DNA of 64,000 nt, taken from a phage. The stretch lies in sequence record PZ386974.1, one strand, 5' to 3'. The position numbers and the translations under genes are program-made. The notes under the pieces are model-generated. The model ran no database searches. It saw only the letters and a program-made list of their open reading frames with translations, and had not been told where the DNA came from. Below are positions 18,651-27,167 of this stretch, one piece after another. Each line of letters opens with the position of its first letter. Position 1 is the stretch's first letter.

Positions 18651-18725
18651 CTCTTTTTTCGTAAAATGCTTTAATTTTTTATGTGTTATAATGGTTCTGA
18701 GTTCCATCCGGTTATTCCAATCCAG

Positions 18726-19334
18726 TCAGTAACTGACAATAGACAGATTCCAAATTGTATAACGTCCATCTTGAATAATAGAATCTACACGCAGTGTAGT
18801 CCCTATAGGGAGCATAAATTCACATTCGTCAGATATAAGTCTAGCATTAGACCGTCTTGTCGCTTCAGGGAAAGCTCCATTGAACTCACAAGATGGCGCA
18901 GCCAGAATCATGTTAAGCATATGTTCACGGAAGTTGAAAGCAAATGATGCATCTTTGATGCAGAACATATTAAATGTTCCATAAAAATTATATGAAGCGA
19001 AGTTACGTGCTACACCAAACACCGGACTAAAGCTCATTACTCTGTCAAATTTAATAATACTACCAATGCCTTTATCATCAAGTGTGGCCATAGTTTTCTT
19101 AGAGATTCCACGATACATTGTCTCAGGAACAGAAGACGTCCAATTTCTACGAACGATTGAACTTAACTCCTGTTGAATACAGTCTGGCTTGTTTTCCATA
19201 CACTGCCAAAGGATGCTTTGTTCATTATCGTTGAATTGACTATCAATTTCGTACTGCAATACATCTTGATATTCGGGGTTTTGAGCACGACGAACCATTT
19301 CTTCAATTTCACACTCGTTATACGGCATAAACAT
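18726..19334 (-). CDS. modA: ADP-ribosyltransferase, ModA-like
   Basis: 202 aa; R (YRG), S-x-S and E-x-E motifs; paralog of adjacent ORF; T4 order srd-modA-modB. Confidence 0.5.
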   Translation of the reverse strand: MFMPYNECEIEEMVRRAQNPEYQDVLQYEIDSQFNDNEQSILWQCMENKPDCIQQELSSIVRRNWTSSVPETMYRGISKKTMATLDDKGIGSIIKFDRVMSFSPVFGVARNFASYNFYGTFNMFCIKDASFAFNFREHMLNMILAAPSCEFNGAFPEATRRSNARLISDECEFMLPIGTTLRVDSIIQDGRYTIWNLSIVSY

Positions 19335-19362
19335 TTAGGTTTCTCCTCTGGTTGATAGGTCT

Positions 19363-19390
19363 ATAGTATCATCGTCCTTGTTGTTTGTAC
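19363..19390 (-). promoter_or_regulatory. early-type promoter cassette variant (GTACAA ... TACTAT AGACCTATCA)
   Basis: Upstream of modA-like ORF. Confidence 0.4.
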
Positions 19391-19391
19391 A

Positions 19392-19973
19392 CTAAAAATT
19401 CAACATTTTCAAATGAATGATTTTGTATAATCGAGATAAAGGGTCATATTCTAAGTCTTCAATTTCAACAATCTCAAATCTAGAGATACCTGAGACCATG
19501 TACTCTTGTTCAGATTCAATCATATCTAGGACGTCAACACGCTTTTCTTCCATAACATGCTTAGGGTTCTTTCCGGCGAGTACAATGTTAACCATGTTTT
19601 GGTAGTAATCAAAAATGAATGGAGCATTCCTGAGACTAAGAATAGTGTACGTCTGATATTCCCAACTCCCAGAGAATTGACGAGCTGTACTGAAATCAGT
19701 TGTGAACGATGTTACTCGTCCAGGAGACCAATGGCATCCAACAGAAAGAAGTGAAAGACGTTCTACTTCTTCTGGAGTTACACCACGGTAGAGTTCTACT
19801 GGTACTGTAGAAGTCATATGCTTACGAACAAGATGGTCTAATTCATAGTGGAAATCCGGGTCTTCCTTAGAATCGGTGCAAGCCCAGAGAATGTTTTGTT
19901 CTTGGCGGGTGAATTTGCTATCAATCAGATTTGTTAGGTATTCACGTTCTTGAAGTTCAGATTGACATGTCAT
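19392..19973 (-). CDS. modB: ADP-ribosyltransferase, ModB-like
   Basis: 193 aa; YRG...SFTT...EQE motifs; paralog of previous ORF. Confidence 0.5.
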   Translation of the reverse strand: MTCQSELQEREYLTNLIDSKFTRQEQNILWACTDSKEDPDFHYELDHLVRKHMTSTVPVELYRGVTPEEVERLSLLSVGCHWSPGRVTSFTTDFSTARQFSGSWEYQTYTILSLRNAPFIFDYYQNMVNIVLAGKNPKHVMEEKRVDVLDMIESEQEYMVSGISRFEIVEIEDLEYDPLSRLYKIIHLKMLNF

Positions 19974-20000
19974 GATAGACCTCCATTTAAAGATAAGCCT

Positions 20001-20029
20001 ATCATAACACGAGAGGAGGGAATGTAAAC
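20001..20029 (-). promoter_or_regulatory. early-type promoter (GTTTAC-N17-TATGAT)
   Basis: Upstream of modB-like ORF. Confidence 0.45.
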
Positions 20030-20189
20030 TACTTTTTAAGCTTTCCTACTAAAGGTCCATCAGGGCCAGGTTGTTCTAACATGAATAACGATGCTTTAAA
20101 AAGCAATGTCAACCCTTTCACCATTCGATACCATGTCTCAAAGTCTTTTTCCTTGATTTCTAGTAAGAATTTCTCTTTCAATTTCTCTT

Positions 20190-20369
20190 TCATTTCCAAG
20201 GACTCCATGGTGGAGGGTCATCATAATAAGAGGCGAGGTCTTTCAGGACATCTAATGGTAAACTAAAGCCATGACGCTGTATAATACTATCTAGTTCATC
20301 AACAAGTTCACTACGATGCACTTTAGGAGCCTCAACTTCAGGCTCGTCAAACATACTCATAAGGTCCAT
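20190..20369 (-). CDS. hypothetical protein (59 aa)
   Basis: Track start is GTG; first ATG at 20369. Confidence 0.35.
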   Translation of the reverse strand: MDLMSMFDEPEVEAPKVHRSELVDELDSIIQRHGFSLPLDVLKDLASYYDDPPPWSPWK

Positions 20370-20370
20370 A

Positions 20371-20835
20371 TTATTCACCTAAATAAAAACTAGCAGGTTC
20401 AGAGAATGTTTCTAGTGCTACACCTTTTGTCTTAAAAAATTTCCAAATAGCTCGTTGCAAATGGATTAAATCTGCTAATGATGTAATAAAGTATTTTTTG
20501 GCAAAATACGTATGGTCTCGCTTTTCAAACAGGTCTAAACGCTTTTCAGGATTCACATAAACCGCATTTTCTGTGGATTCATACCCTAAGTCCTTTATGC
20601 CTTCTTCAAGACTAAACGGAGAATTTTTAGAACGAGTAATAGCTCCAACTCGCTCTACACGAATTTTGTAACCTTTAGGAATCTGCAATTTGCAGAATTC
20701 TTCTACGATATATTGCGGATTATTTAGACTTTTGTTAATGAGAATAGCTATTTCTAGTGGAGTCTTATCTTCTACTGGTATATGTTTAAACGACTTGGCT
20801 TCAAGCAAGTACATTTTAAATAACATAGCATCCAT
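20371..20835 (-). CDS. hypothetical protein (154 aa; mrh position)
   Basis: ATG start. Confidence 0.5.
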   Translation of the reverse strand: MDAMLFKMYLLEAKSFKHIPVEDKTPLEIAILINKSLNNPQYIVEEFCKLQIPKGYKIRVERVGAITRSKNSPFSLEEGIKDLGYESTENAVYVNPEKRLDLFEKRDHTYFAKKYFITSLADLIHLQRAIWKFFKTKGVALETFSEPASFYLGE

Positions 20836-21014
20836 TATAATTTCCTCGATGGTTCACCCATATAAAGTTTTACAATACGTTCGCCTTCATCTTCGACGAG
20901 CTTTTCTTCATGTTTCTGGAATTCTTTAGCCATATTCTCTTCAAGAACATCCAGCCAATCTTCTGGACCGACACCATAGTCCCAGCTTTTAAACCATTTA
21001 ACTATCTTGTTCAT
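20835..21014 (-). CDS. hypothetical protein (59 aa)
   Basis: Track start is TTG; ATG at 21014 ATGA-coupled to upstream ORF. Confidence 0.35.
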   Translation of the reverse strand: MNKIVKWFKSWDYGVGPEDWLDVLEENMAKEFQKHEEKLVEDEGERIVKLYMGEPSRKL

Positions 21015-21211
21015 TCGCAGCTCCCTGAGCTTGAACCACAATCAGAATAACTTGACCCAGAATCACCAGGCCAAGACGATACGTATGAATGATTATAACT
21101 TGAAGAGCTTGAAGCATTAATCTGTTTTGTTTTTGGACGAACAACTTCTTCCATCATTCCGTCACCAATGTATTCCCAACTTTTTTCGTGTGTATCAGGA
21201 ATAGGCATCAT
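21011..21211 (-). CDS. hypothetical Ser-rich protein (66 aa)
   Basis: Track start is GTG with hydrophobic extension; ATG at 21211. Confidence 0.35.
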   Translation of the reverse strand: MMPIPDTHEKSWEYIGDGMMEEVVRPKTKQINASSSSSYNHSYVSSWPGDSGSSYSDCGSSSGSCE

Positions 21212-21224
21212 ACCTTCGCCTGGT

Positions 21225-21452
21225 TTAACAGCAAATAACTTCTTCAGTATCGTAAGCATTAATTGTTCCTCGAACAAAACGAACACCACCATCATCCCAG
21301 CGGATTTCGGCATTAAATTTGATGTCTTCACCGTCCATCATGAAAGAATGTACCACAACATCATCATAGTATCCAAGACCGTACTTTAATGAAACTTCTT
21401 GAGCAATCAAAGCGCCTAATGTGTTATTAGGTTTAATCCAACGATTTAACAT
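21225..21452 (-). CDS. hypothetical protein (75 aa)
   Basis: ATG start; weak promoter-like element upstream. Confidence 0.4.
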   Translation of the reverse strand: MLNRWIKPNNTLGALIAQEVSLKYGLGYYDDVVVHSFMMDGEDIKFNAEIRWDDGGVRFVRGTINAYDTEEVICC

Positions 21453-21519
21453 ATTGTTCTCCTCTTGAGTAAGTAAGAATATCTTAACACAGTTTTTAGT
21501 GGTTGTAAACTCTAGAAAC

Positions 21520-21545
21520 GAAAAAAGGAATCCCGAAGGATTCCT
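21520..21545 (-). terminator. intrinsic terminator, UUCG-tetraloop hairpin AGGAATCC/GGATTCCT plus U6
   Basis: Immediately downstream of soc. Confidence 0.6.
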
Positions 21546-21553
21546 TAAATTAT

Positions 21554-21790
21554 TTAACCACTTACTGGTGTAGGGGTAAACATTGCAGCGTTCTTAGTTT
21601 TCCAAGTTGCTGCGTCAGAAACGACATCAGAATAAGCTGCCTTTTCTGACGGAAAGATTTGGTAATGGGAATCTGCAATTCGATGTTCGTTTGAATAAAT
21701 CTCAAACGGTACAGAAACTTCCATACCTTTAACTTCTTTACCTTCACCAGCTGGACGTGTAAAGGTTTTGATATTAACGTAACCACCCAT
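21554..21790 (-). CDS. soc: small outer capsid protein Soc
   Basis: 78 aa; GYVNIKTF...HYQ.FPSEKAAYS matches recalled T4 Soc; AAGGAG SD; terminator downstream. Confidence 0.7.
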   Translation of the reverse strand: MGGYVNIKTFTRPAGEGKEVKGMEVSVPFEIYSNEHRIADSHYQIFPSEKAAYSDVVSDAATWKTKNAAMFTPTPVSG

Positions 21791-21835
21791 AATTAACTCC
21801 TTTGTTGTTTAATTACAGGTGTATTTATAACTTAA

Positions 21836-22357
21836 TTAGTAACCATTATCCTGGCGTTCAAAGTTGTGTTGGTTTTTCAAGTAGTAAAGTTTAAAGATTT
21901 CTTCAGCAGTAAGACCAAGACCTTGGAACATATTCAGAACAAAGTGGAGGATATCAATCATTTCAAATTTAATTTCAAGCTGGTCTTCAGGAGACAGTTC
22001 ATCGATACGACGATTTCGATATTCAGCATGTTGTGCCTTCCACGGCTTCCATACACTGCTGGCGGCTTTTTCACCATTGCTCATACCACCAAGTGAAGTC
22101 AGCAGTTCACGAAATTCATCATCAATATAATCTTTCTGATTACGCAGCCAATCAACAACATCACCAGCAGTGGCCAATTCATCAGGATGTTTGTTATGTT
22201 CAGGCTTGTCATTTGCCAGACGAACCTGTAAAGATTTCTGCATATCAAGCATTACCTGCAGTGGGTCTTTATCTTCGTGAATCAGAGCATTAAAATAAGC
22301 TTCTTCTGCTTTATCAACACCAGAAATAAGTTGTGAACATTCGTTAAAGTGTGCCAT
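21836..22357 (-). CDS. 56: dCTP pyrophosphatase (MazG-like)
   Basis: Start set to ATG at 22357 (MAHFNEC...) with AAAGGAA SD; matches recalled T4 gp56. Confidence 0.85.
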   Translation of the reverse strand: MAHFNECSQLISGVDKAEEAYFNALIHEDKDPLQVMLDMQKSLQVRLANDKPEHNKHPDELATAGDVVDWLRNQKDYIDDEFRELLTSLGGMSNGEKAASSVWKPWKAQHAEYRNRRIDELSPEDQLEIKFEMIDILHFVLNMFQGLGLTAEEIFKLYYLKNQHNFERQDNGY

Positions 22358-22445
22358 TATTTTTCCTTTCAATTCAGTATAAGAGAGTTAATTCTAACAT
22401 TAATTTTATAAAGCGTAATAAATAATAGGTAACTAAGGAGATATT

Positions 22446-22643
22446 ATGTTTAAACTTCCATCGTTAATCAACGCTATTAAAGGCAATAAAAAGAAAACTG
22501 CTATCGCTGCAATAGTTGTAGGTGGCATTATTTCATGGAACTTCGGGATTGCACCATTGTTAGTTGCCCATGGTATTATAGTTCCTTCTGTTCCATTGGA
22601 TACTGTAGTTGATTTGGCCTTTGCTATTATAGGGCTTGTTTAA
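22446..22643 (+). CDS. small membrane protein (65 aa), only convincing plus-strand gene
   Basis: ATG with TAAGGAG SD 6 nt upstream; hydrophobic; fills the gap between gp56 start and gp61 stop. Confidence 0.45.
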   Translation: MFKLPSLINAIKGNKKKTAIAAIVVGGIISWNFGIAPLLVAHGIIVPSVPLDTVVDLAFAIIGLV

Positions 22644-23662
22644 ATCTTCGAATAACGAGATAATCTCATTTTAGCATGCAACCCACTTGAAATATTCTGT
22701 TTCATATATTCTAAAATTTCTTGTGGTGTTGCATTTTCTTTCATTACCATATCATTCACATCCTTTGATCTCCATGGAGCTCGATCCCAGAACATGACAC
22801 GTTCGCCTGCATCAACTAATCGCTTCATGCGAGCTATAGTATCCGGATGCCTAGGTTCATTATCCATTACCCATACCCGACGCTCTTTAAATGGTACCAC
22901 ATCTAAATCTATTGAGCCGCCTGTAATAGCGATTGCGTTGGGTATGAATAAACTATCAATAGGACCTTCCATTACCCAGACGTCCCCTTCCTTAACACGT
23001 TCAACACCATAAATTTTTGTTGCAGACTCAAACGCTTTAATAGTGATATATTTCTGAGGAGCATCTTTACGAAGTGCACGTCCTTGGAACGACTCTGCCT
23101 TCCCATCTTTATTAAAAATAGGAATCACTAAACGCGGTTCAGGAATCTCTTTCTTATACGTACCCGGTTGAATCTTGTTGACCAATTTAGGCCATTCTAA
23201 TGTGAACCATAATCTGTTCCATGATTCTTTAGGAATGCATCGAGACTTAACATATTTCACAATAGGATGCTCTTCAGGCAGCTTGTCCAGACGAGAACAA
23301 GACGGCAAAGAATTTATAGTCTTTTTCTCCGGTTCTGGTTTATGTTCAGGAACCTTTTCAATCTTTGGTTCCATTCTAGCTTTTTCTTTACGAACTTCCA
23401 TTAGATACTCACGATAAAGCTCTTCATCATACTCTTTTAAGTATCCGGAAATTGTATTGTGGTATTGACAGTTATAGCAATGTACATTACCAGGAGTACC
23501 GCCATAATACCACCCGCGAGCTTTCATTGCATCTGTCTGGGAGTCGCCACAAACTGGACATCGAAACGTTAATTTAAATGTGCTTGAATTATTGATTTGT
23601 CTAAAACGAGGGAGGTGAGAAAACGCACGATAAGCAAATTCATTATCTATCCATTCAGCCAT
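22640..23662 (-). CDS. 61: DNA primase
   Basis: 340 aa; zinc ribbon CPVCGD...CYNC and Toprim EGPID; matches recalled T4 gp61. Confidence 0.9.
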   Translation of the reverse strand: MAEWIDNEFAYRAFSHLPRFRQINNSSTFKLTFRCPVCGDSQTDAMKARGWYYGGTPGNVHCYNCQYHNTISGYLKEYDEELYREYLMEVRKEKARMEPKIEKVPEHKPEPEKKTINSLPSCSRLDKLPEEHPIVKYVKSRCIPKESWNRLWFTLEWPKLVNKIQPGTYKKEIPEPRLVIPIFNKDGKAESFQGRALRKDAPQKYITIKAFESATKIYGVERVKEGDVWVMEGPIDSLFIPNAIAITGGSIDLDVVPFKERRVWVMDNEPRHPDTIARMKRLVDAGERVMFWDRAPWRSKDVNDMVMKENATPQEILEYMKQNISSGLHAKMRLSRYSKI

Positions 23663-23701
23663 AGTATTCTCCAGAGGCCTTAAATTAATAAGGCCATCTT
23701 A

Positions 23702-24169
23702 TCACAACTTATTAATATTTACTTTAATTCGCTTTCTTTTCTTGGAAGGAATTTGTTCTGGACCTTTATTTACGACTGCACCCGTAGTTGTTCCTGATGC
23801 AATAGCTTGAGGACTGCCGCCTGAATCACCAGCAACCATATCCTCAAATAAAGGGAGTTCTTTAAATATTTCTTTCTGTTGTTCTTCCGTAATGTTATAG
23901 CGTGAAGCTACAGCACTCCAAGCAGACATCATTGATGCCATTCCATTAAGACCTGGAACAGTGCTCATCATTCGCTTCATTGAACGAACTGAAGCATGAA
24001 AAGGTGTATACGCCGCTTTTTCTTCGGGAGTAGAAGGACGTTTAAGAACACTTCCACGTTCATCGATGATTTTGGCTTCGTATGCTTTCCATTCGGTAAA
24101 AGGTTTTTGCATTAGTCGAATAAACTTATATGCATAAACAGAATCTATTGCAGTGTTAATAATACCCAT
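23702..24169 (-). CDS. hypothetical protein (155 aa; 61.1 position)
   Basis: Track start is TTG; ATG at 24169 with AGGAGG SD. Confidence 0.5.
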   Translation of the reverse strand: MGIINTAIDSVYAYKFIRLMQKPFTEWKAYEAKIIDERGSVLKRPSTPEEKAAYTPFHASVRSMKRMMSTVPGLNGMASMMSAWSAVASRYNITEEQQKEIFKELPLFEDMVAGDSGGSPQAIASGTTTGAVVNKGPEQIPSKKRKRIKVNINKL

Positions 24170-24188
24170 AGGTACCTCCTGAGTATAT

Positions 24189-24386
24189 TTAATCAATTAC
24201 AAAGATTGCTTTGGCACCATTTATATCTGTGACTTCATATGTAGTGCCTTCATACTGTGGAATATTCCAAATTACACCATCATTAGCTTTTACGCTAATA
24301 TGGTATTGGTGTTTTGAAACAACTTCATAATCTTCAAAACTTGTAAAAACACTAATTTTAGAACCAGTGCAAATTGCAGTAGTCAT
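24189..24386 (-). CDS. hypothetical protein (65 aa)
   Basis: ATG with GAGG SD. Confidence 0.4.
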   Translation of the reverse strand: MTTAICTGSKISVFTSFEDYEVVSKHQYHISVKANDGVIWNIPQYEGTTYEVTDINGAKAIFVID

Positions 24387-24387
24387 T

Positions 24388-25038
24388 TTAACCTCGATTC
24401 ATAAATGCATTAAATATTTGGTCATCAACAGAAATTTCTAATTCGACTTCAATTGCTTCAGCCTTTTCTTCAGGTGGTAATTCGTATCCACACACTACAA
24501 TTTTTTCATCGATATCAAAATATACAGAAGCAATACGATTAATGTTATTTTCAGTTAAGTCCAAATCAACATCAACGTCTTTTTGGCCTACACTTAGAGG
24601 ATAACTAATACGGGTTATTTTATTATCTTTAACAAAGAGTCCACCAACATACTCTGTACTACGTTTGAAGTCTACACGTTTCCGAATTGAAAGATATGAT
24701 ACATCTTTACCGTGAGCTCGGCTCATAGGACATAATGAATAACTAGAATAAGAGATGTCAAATCCTACACCTTCAATATGAGCCAACGCGTCATGATTAA
24801 ACCAATTATAATCATATGCCAAATCCATTATATTGTAATATGTGAAAGGCACAGGATTAACATCATATGTTGTACCTTTAAAATCTGCCCAGGCAACGAT
24901 TTCGTTATCTTTAACAATTACAAAAATTACACCGAGATGGTATCCGTTATTATTTTCATTAGGCGTTATATTATAACATTGTGCATTAGGAAATTTACCA
25001 TATTTAAATGGTGCGTTTTTGTGCATATAATAAATCAT
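24388..25038 (-). CDS. hypothetical protein (216 aa; 61.2 position)
   Basis: Track start is GTG; ATG at 25038 with AGGTG SD. Confidence 0.5.
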   Translation of the reverse strand: MIYYMHKNAPFKYGKFPNAQCYNITPNENNNGYHLGVIFVIVKDNEIVAWADFKGTTYDVNPVPFTYYNIMDLAYDYNWFNHDALAHIEGVGFDISYSSYSLCPMSRAHGKDVSYLSIRKRVDFKRSTEYVGGLFVKDNKITRISYPLSVGQKDVDVDLDLTENNINRIASVYFDIDEKIVVCGYELPPEEKAEAIEVELEISVDDQIFNAFMNRG

Positions 25039-25039
25039 A

Positions 25040-25333
25040 TTATTCACCTGTGATTTCGGTTACGATATCTTTGTTATCGAAATTAGGGTCACAATACAAG
25101 ACATAGTTGTACTGCATGATACCACCAGACTTAAGTTGTTCAACAACTTTATTAACCATATTAGGACGGTCTCGTTTAGTGATGTTCATGATATCAGAGA
25201 AGATTTGTTGTTCAACATCTTCTTGATTTGCAGTCATTGACCACTCACAGAGGTCTTTATCATAACCTGCCGTAACTGGAGCCGGTGTACATGATACTGC
25301 AAGTAAGATTGCTGCCAATGATAACTTTTTCAT
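25040..25333 (-). CDS. sp: Spackle-like periplasmic superinfection-exclusion protein
   Basis: 97 aa; signal peptide MKKLSLAAILLAVSC; 97 aa as in T4 Sp; position 61.3; AAGGAG SD. Confidence 0.55.
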   Translation of the reverse strand: MKKLSLAAILLAVSCTPAPVTAGYDKDLCEWSMTANQEDVEQQIFSDIMNITKRDRPNMVNKVVEQLKSGGIMQYNYVLYCDPNFDNKDIVTEITGE

Positions 25334-25362
25334 TTTAACTCCTTAGTTGATTTGATAGGACT

Positions 25363-25392
25363 ACTATACTATAGTCCATCTATAATGTAAAC
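25363..25392 (-). promoter_or_regulatory. early-type promoter cassette (GTTTAC-N18-TATAGT)
   Basis: Upstream of sp. Confidence 0.5.
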
Positions 25393-25396
25393 AAGT

Positions 25397-25645
25397 TTAT
25401 TCTTTTTCGCGAATAATAATTACTTGTTGAGGCTGCTGAGCAGATTTCTTTTCGGCAACGATAGACCAAATTAAAGTTCCAATCCAACCAACCATCGTCC
25501 AGTTAAAGAGTAAAGATACAAAGAAGATTGCTGTTGTGCTTTTTGTGCCACGAATAAGTGCGATTATCCAAGGCAACATGTAAATGATGATTGAACCAAT
25601 ACCTGCGATTAAAACTGCTACTGAACTAGCTACGAATAATTCCAT
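25397..25645 (-). CDS. small membrane protein, two predicted TM helices (82 aa; 61.4 position)
   Basis: Hydrophobic segments; own early promoter. Confidence 0.5.
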   Translation of the reverse strand: MELFVASSVAVLIAGIGSIIIYMLPWIIALIRGTKSTTAIFFVSLLFNWTMVGWIGTLIWSIVAEKKSAQQPQQVIIIREKE

Positions 25646-25673
25646 GTTAATTTCCTCTTGATTTGTTATGTTT

Positions 25674-25703
25674 ATAGTATCTTATTTTAACTTTGGTGTA
25701 AAC
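25674..25703 (-). promoter_or_regulatory. early-type promoter (GTTTAC-N18-TACTAT)
   Basis: Upstream of 82-aa membrane ORF. Confidence 0.45.
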
Positions 25704-25706
25704 CAA

Positions 25707-26075
25707 TTAGTTAAATTTGTTTAAACGTTCAATACACTGGATGTAGTTATTCGCTATTTGTTTCTGGGTAGGCTCTTTACCGGTTGTTTCAACATAGCGA
25801 ATGAATGCGATTTCAGTAGCCTGTAAGCAATGTTCTTTAACGCGTTGTTCTTTTGACAATGCTACAGTATCAGAGTCACGATACCGTTGAGCATGAGCAT
25901 CAGCTTGAATCATTCGATTACCTACAGTAACCGGGTCTTCCACTTCAACTTTAGGTTGGTCATACTGTTTAACATTCGGATTGTAAATCAATTGGCCAAC
26001 GTTATTAGGGATAAAGCCATGGGCACCACATCCGGTTAATCCGAATACCATTGCTAAAGCGATTAATTTTTTCAT
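25707..26075 (-). CDS. putative lipoprotein (122 aa)
   Basis: Signal peptide with lipobox LTGC (MKKLIALAMVFGLTGC). Confidence 0.5.
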   Translation of the reverse strand: MKKLIALAMVFGLTGCGAHGFIPNNVGQLIYNPNVKQYDQPKVEVEDPVTVGNRMIQADAHAQRYRDSDTVALSKEQRVKEHCLQATEIAFIRYVETTGKEPTQKQIANNYIQCIERLNKFN

Positions 26076-26146
26076 TTCAATTTCCTCTGTAGTTGATAGA
26101 AAGATAGTAACACAGTATGCGGTGCTTGTAAACAGTTTATTTAAAA

Positions 26147-26335
26147 TTATCGAAAATCTGCTTCGAAAACTTTCTCGTCATTAACAAATGCTTTAACCAG
26201 TGCACTGTTCACTTCAGCAAGTTGTACCGTAACCCACTCGATTTCTTCGCGATCACCTGATAACATGATATCTTTAGTGAACATCTCACCGCTTTTAAAC
26301 CAGCCAATAAAAGTAACTTTAGTTAATTTGCTCAT
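26147..26335 (-). CDS. dmd: Dmd-like antitoxin (discriminator of mRNA degradation)
   Basis: 62 aa; FxGWFK..MFTK...AEVN.ALVKAF pattern matches recalled T4 Dmd; position 61.5 next to gene 41. Confidence 0.6.
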   Translation of the reverse strand: MSKLTKVTFIGWFKSGEMFTKDIMLSGDREEIEWVTVQLAEVNSALVKAFVNDEKVFEADFR

Positions 26336-26649
26336 ATTTCCTCACAGAATGCCCATTCAGCATGATAAACTGTAGCACCTTTAGTATCATTCATTTGAAC
26401 TACATCTACCGGAGAAATTACTCGATAGAGACGTGGTTCACCTCCATAAGAGCGTGCTGCTCGTCCTGCATAAATCTTTGCTAAACCGATATCTTCAGTA
26501 AAGAATACACGATCCAAGTTTTTCTTACGTCCAGTTTCAGACAGAACTCCTGTTTCCTCAGGAGGACAAAGCATGTTTTCGATGTTAGCTGAACTACTTG
26601 AACCGTGATAAAAAATCTTAAATTCTGCTTTACAATCGATGGTTTTCAT
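26332..26649 (-). CDS. hypothetical protein (105 aa)
   Basis: ATG; ATGA-coupled to dmd. Confidence 0.5.
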   Translation of the reverse strand: MKTIDCKAEFKIFYHGSSSSANIENMLCPPEETGVLSETGRKKNLDRVFFTEDIGLAKIYAGRAARSYGGEPRLYRVISPVDVVQMNDTKGATVYHAEWAFCEEI

Positions 26650-26675
26650 TTTGTTCTCCAGTAGTTGATAGGTCT

Positions 26676-26704
26676 ATAATAACACAACTACTGGAGAAGT
26701 AAAC
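26676..26704 (-). promoter_or_regulatory. early-type promoter cassette (GTTTAC-N17-TATTAT AGACCTATCA)
   Basis: Upstream of 105-aa ORF. Confidence 0.5.
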
Positions 26705-27079
26705 TTAAAAATGTAATTTAGATACATCTGCGTTGATTTCACTTTGGTTTGCGTCATATGCAATTAAACGAACCGCTTTAGATGGGTCATTCAATGCATA
26801 GAAATGATGGAACATTGCTCGAACGATATCACCATTTACGAGTTCTACCTGGATAGGAGAACCTTTTTCGAGTTGGAAATGTTCATAAGCTTTGATGGTT
26901 CGCAGATAATCAAGTTTTTGATTTCCGGCTCCAACGATTTGTACGATACGTTTGCCCATGTTTTCCATACGAGATACAATAGATTTAGGAGCAAGAATAA
27001 CGTAGGTTGCCAGCGGAGAAACTACTTCAACAGTTGTGTTTTCGGTGATTGCAGTAAAAATTGCTTGAGACATATTCAT
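26705..27079 (-). CDS. hypothetical protein (124 aa)
   Basis: ATG; own early promoter. Confidence 0.5.
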   Translation of the reverse strand: MNMSQAIFTAITENTTVEVVSPLATYVILAPKSIVSRMENMGKRIVQIVGAGNQKLDYLRTIKAYEHFQLEKGSPIQVELVNGDIVRAMFHHFYALNDPSKAVRLIAYDANQSEINADVSKLHF

Positions 27080-27108
27080 AATGTTTTCCTCTTGGTTGGT
27101 GTAAGTAC

Positions 27109-27138
27109 ATCATATCATGCCTAGAGGAAGATGTAAAC
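27109..27138 (-). promoter_or_regulatory. early-type promoter (GTTTAC-N18-TATGAT)
   Basis: Directly after gene 41 hairpin; upstream of 124-aa ORF. Confidence 0.45.
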
Positions 27139-27140
27139 CC

Positions 27141-27161
27141 CGAAAGGAGACCGAAGTCTCC
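27141..27161 (-). terminator. UUCG-tetraloop hairpin GGAGAC/GTCTCC (weak U-tail on minus strand, T5 on plus)
   Basis: 7 nt downstream of gene 41 stop. Confidence 0.35.
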
Positions 27162-27167
27162 TTTTTA

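Noticed and set aside
22400-22440. Possible late promoter upstream of the plus-strand small ORF
   Set aside because: No exact TATAAATA late-promoter consensus in the region I inspected; only near matches (TATAAAGC, TAAATAAT)
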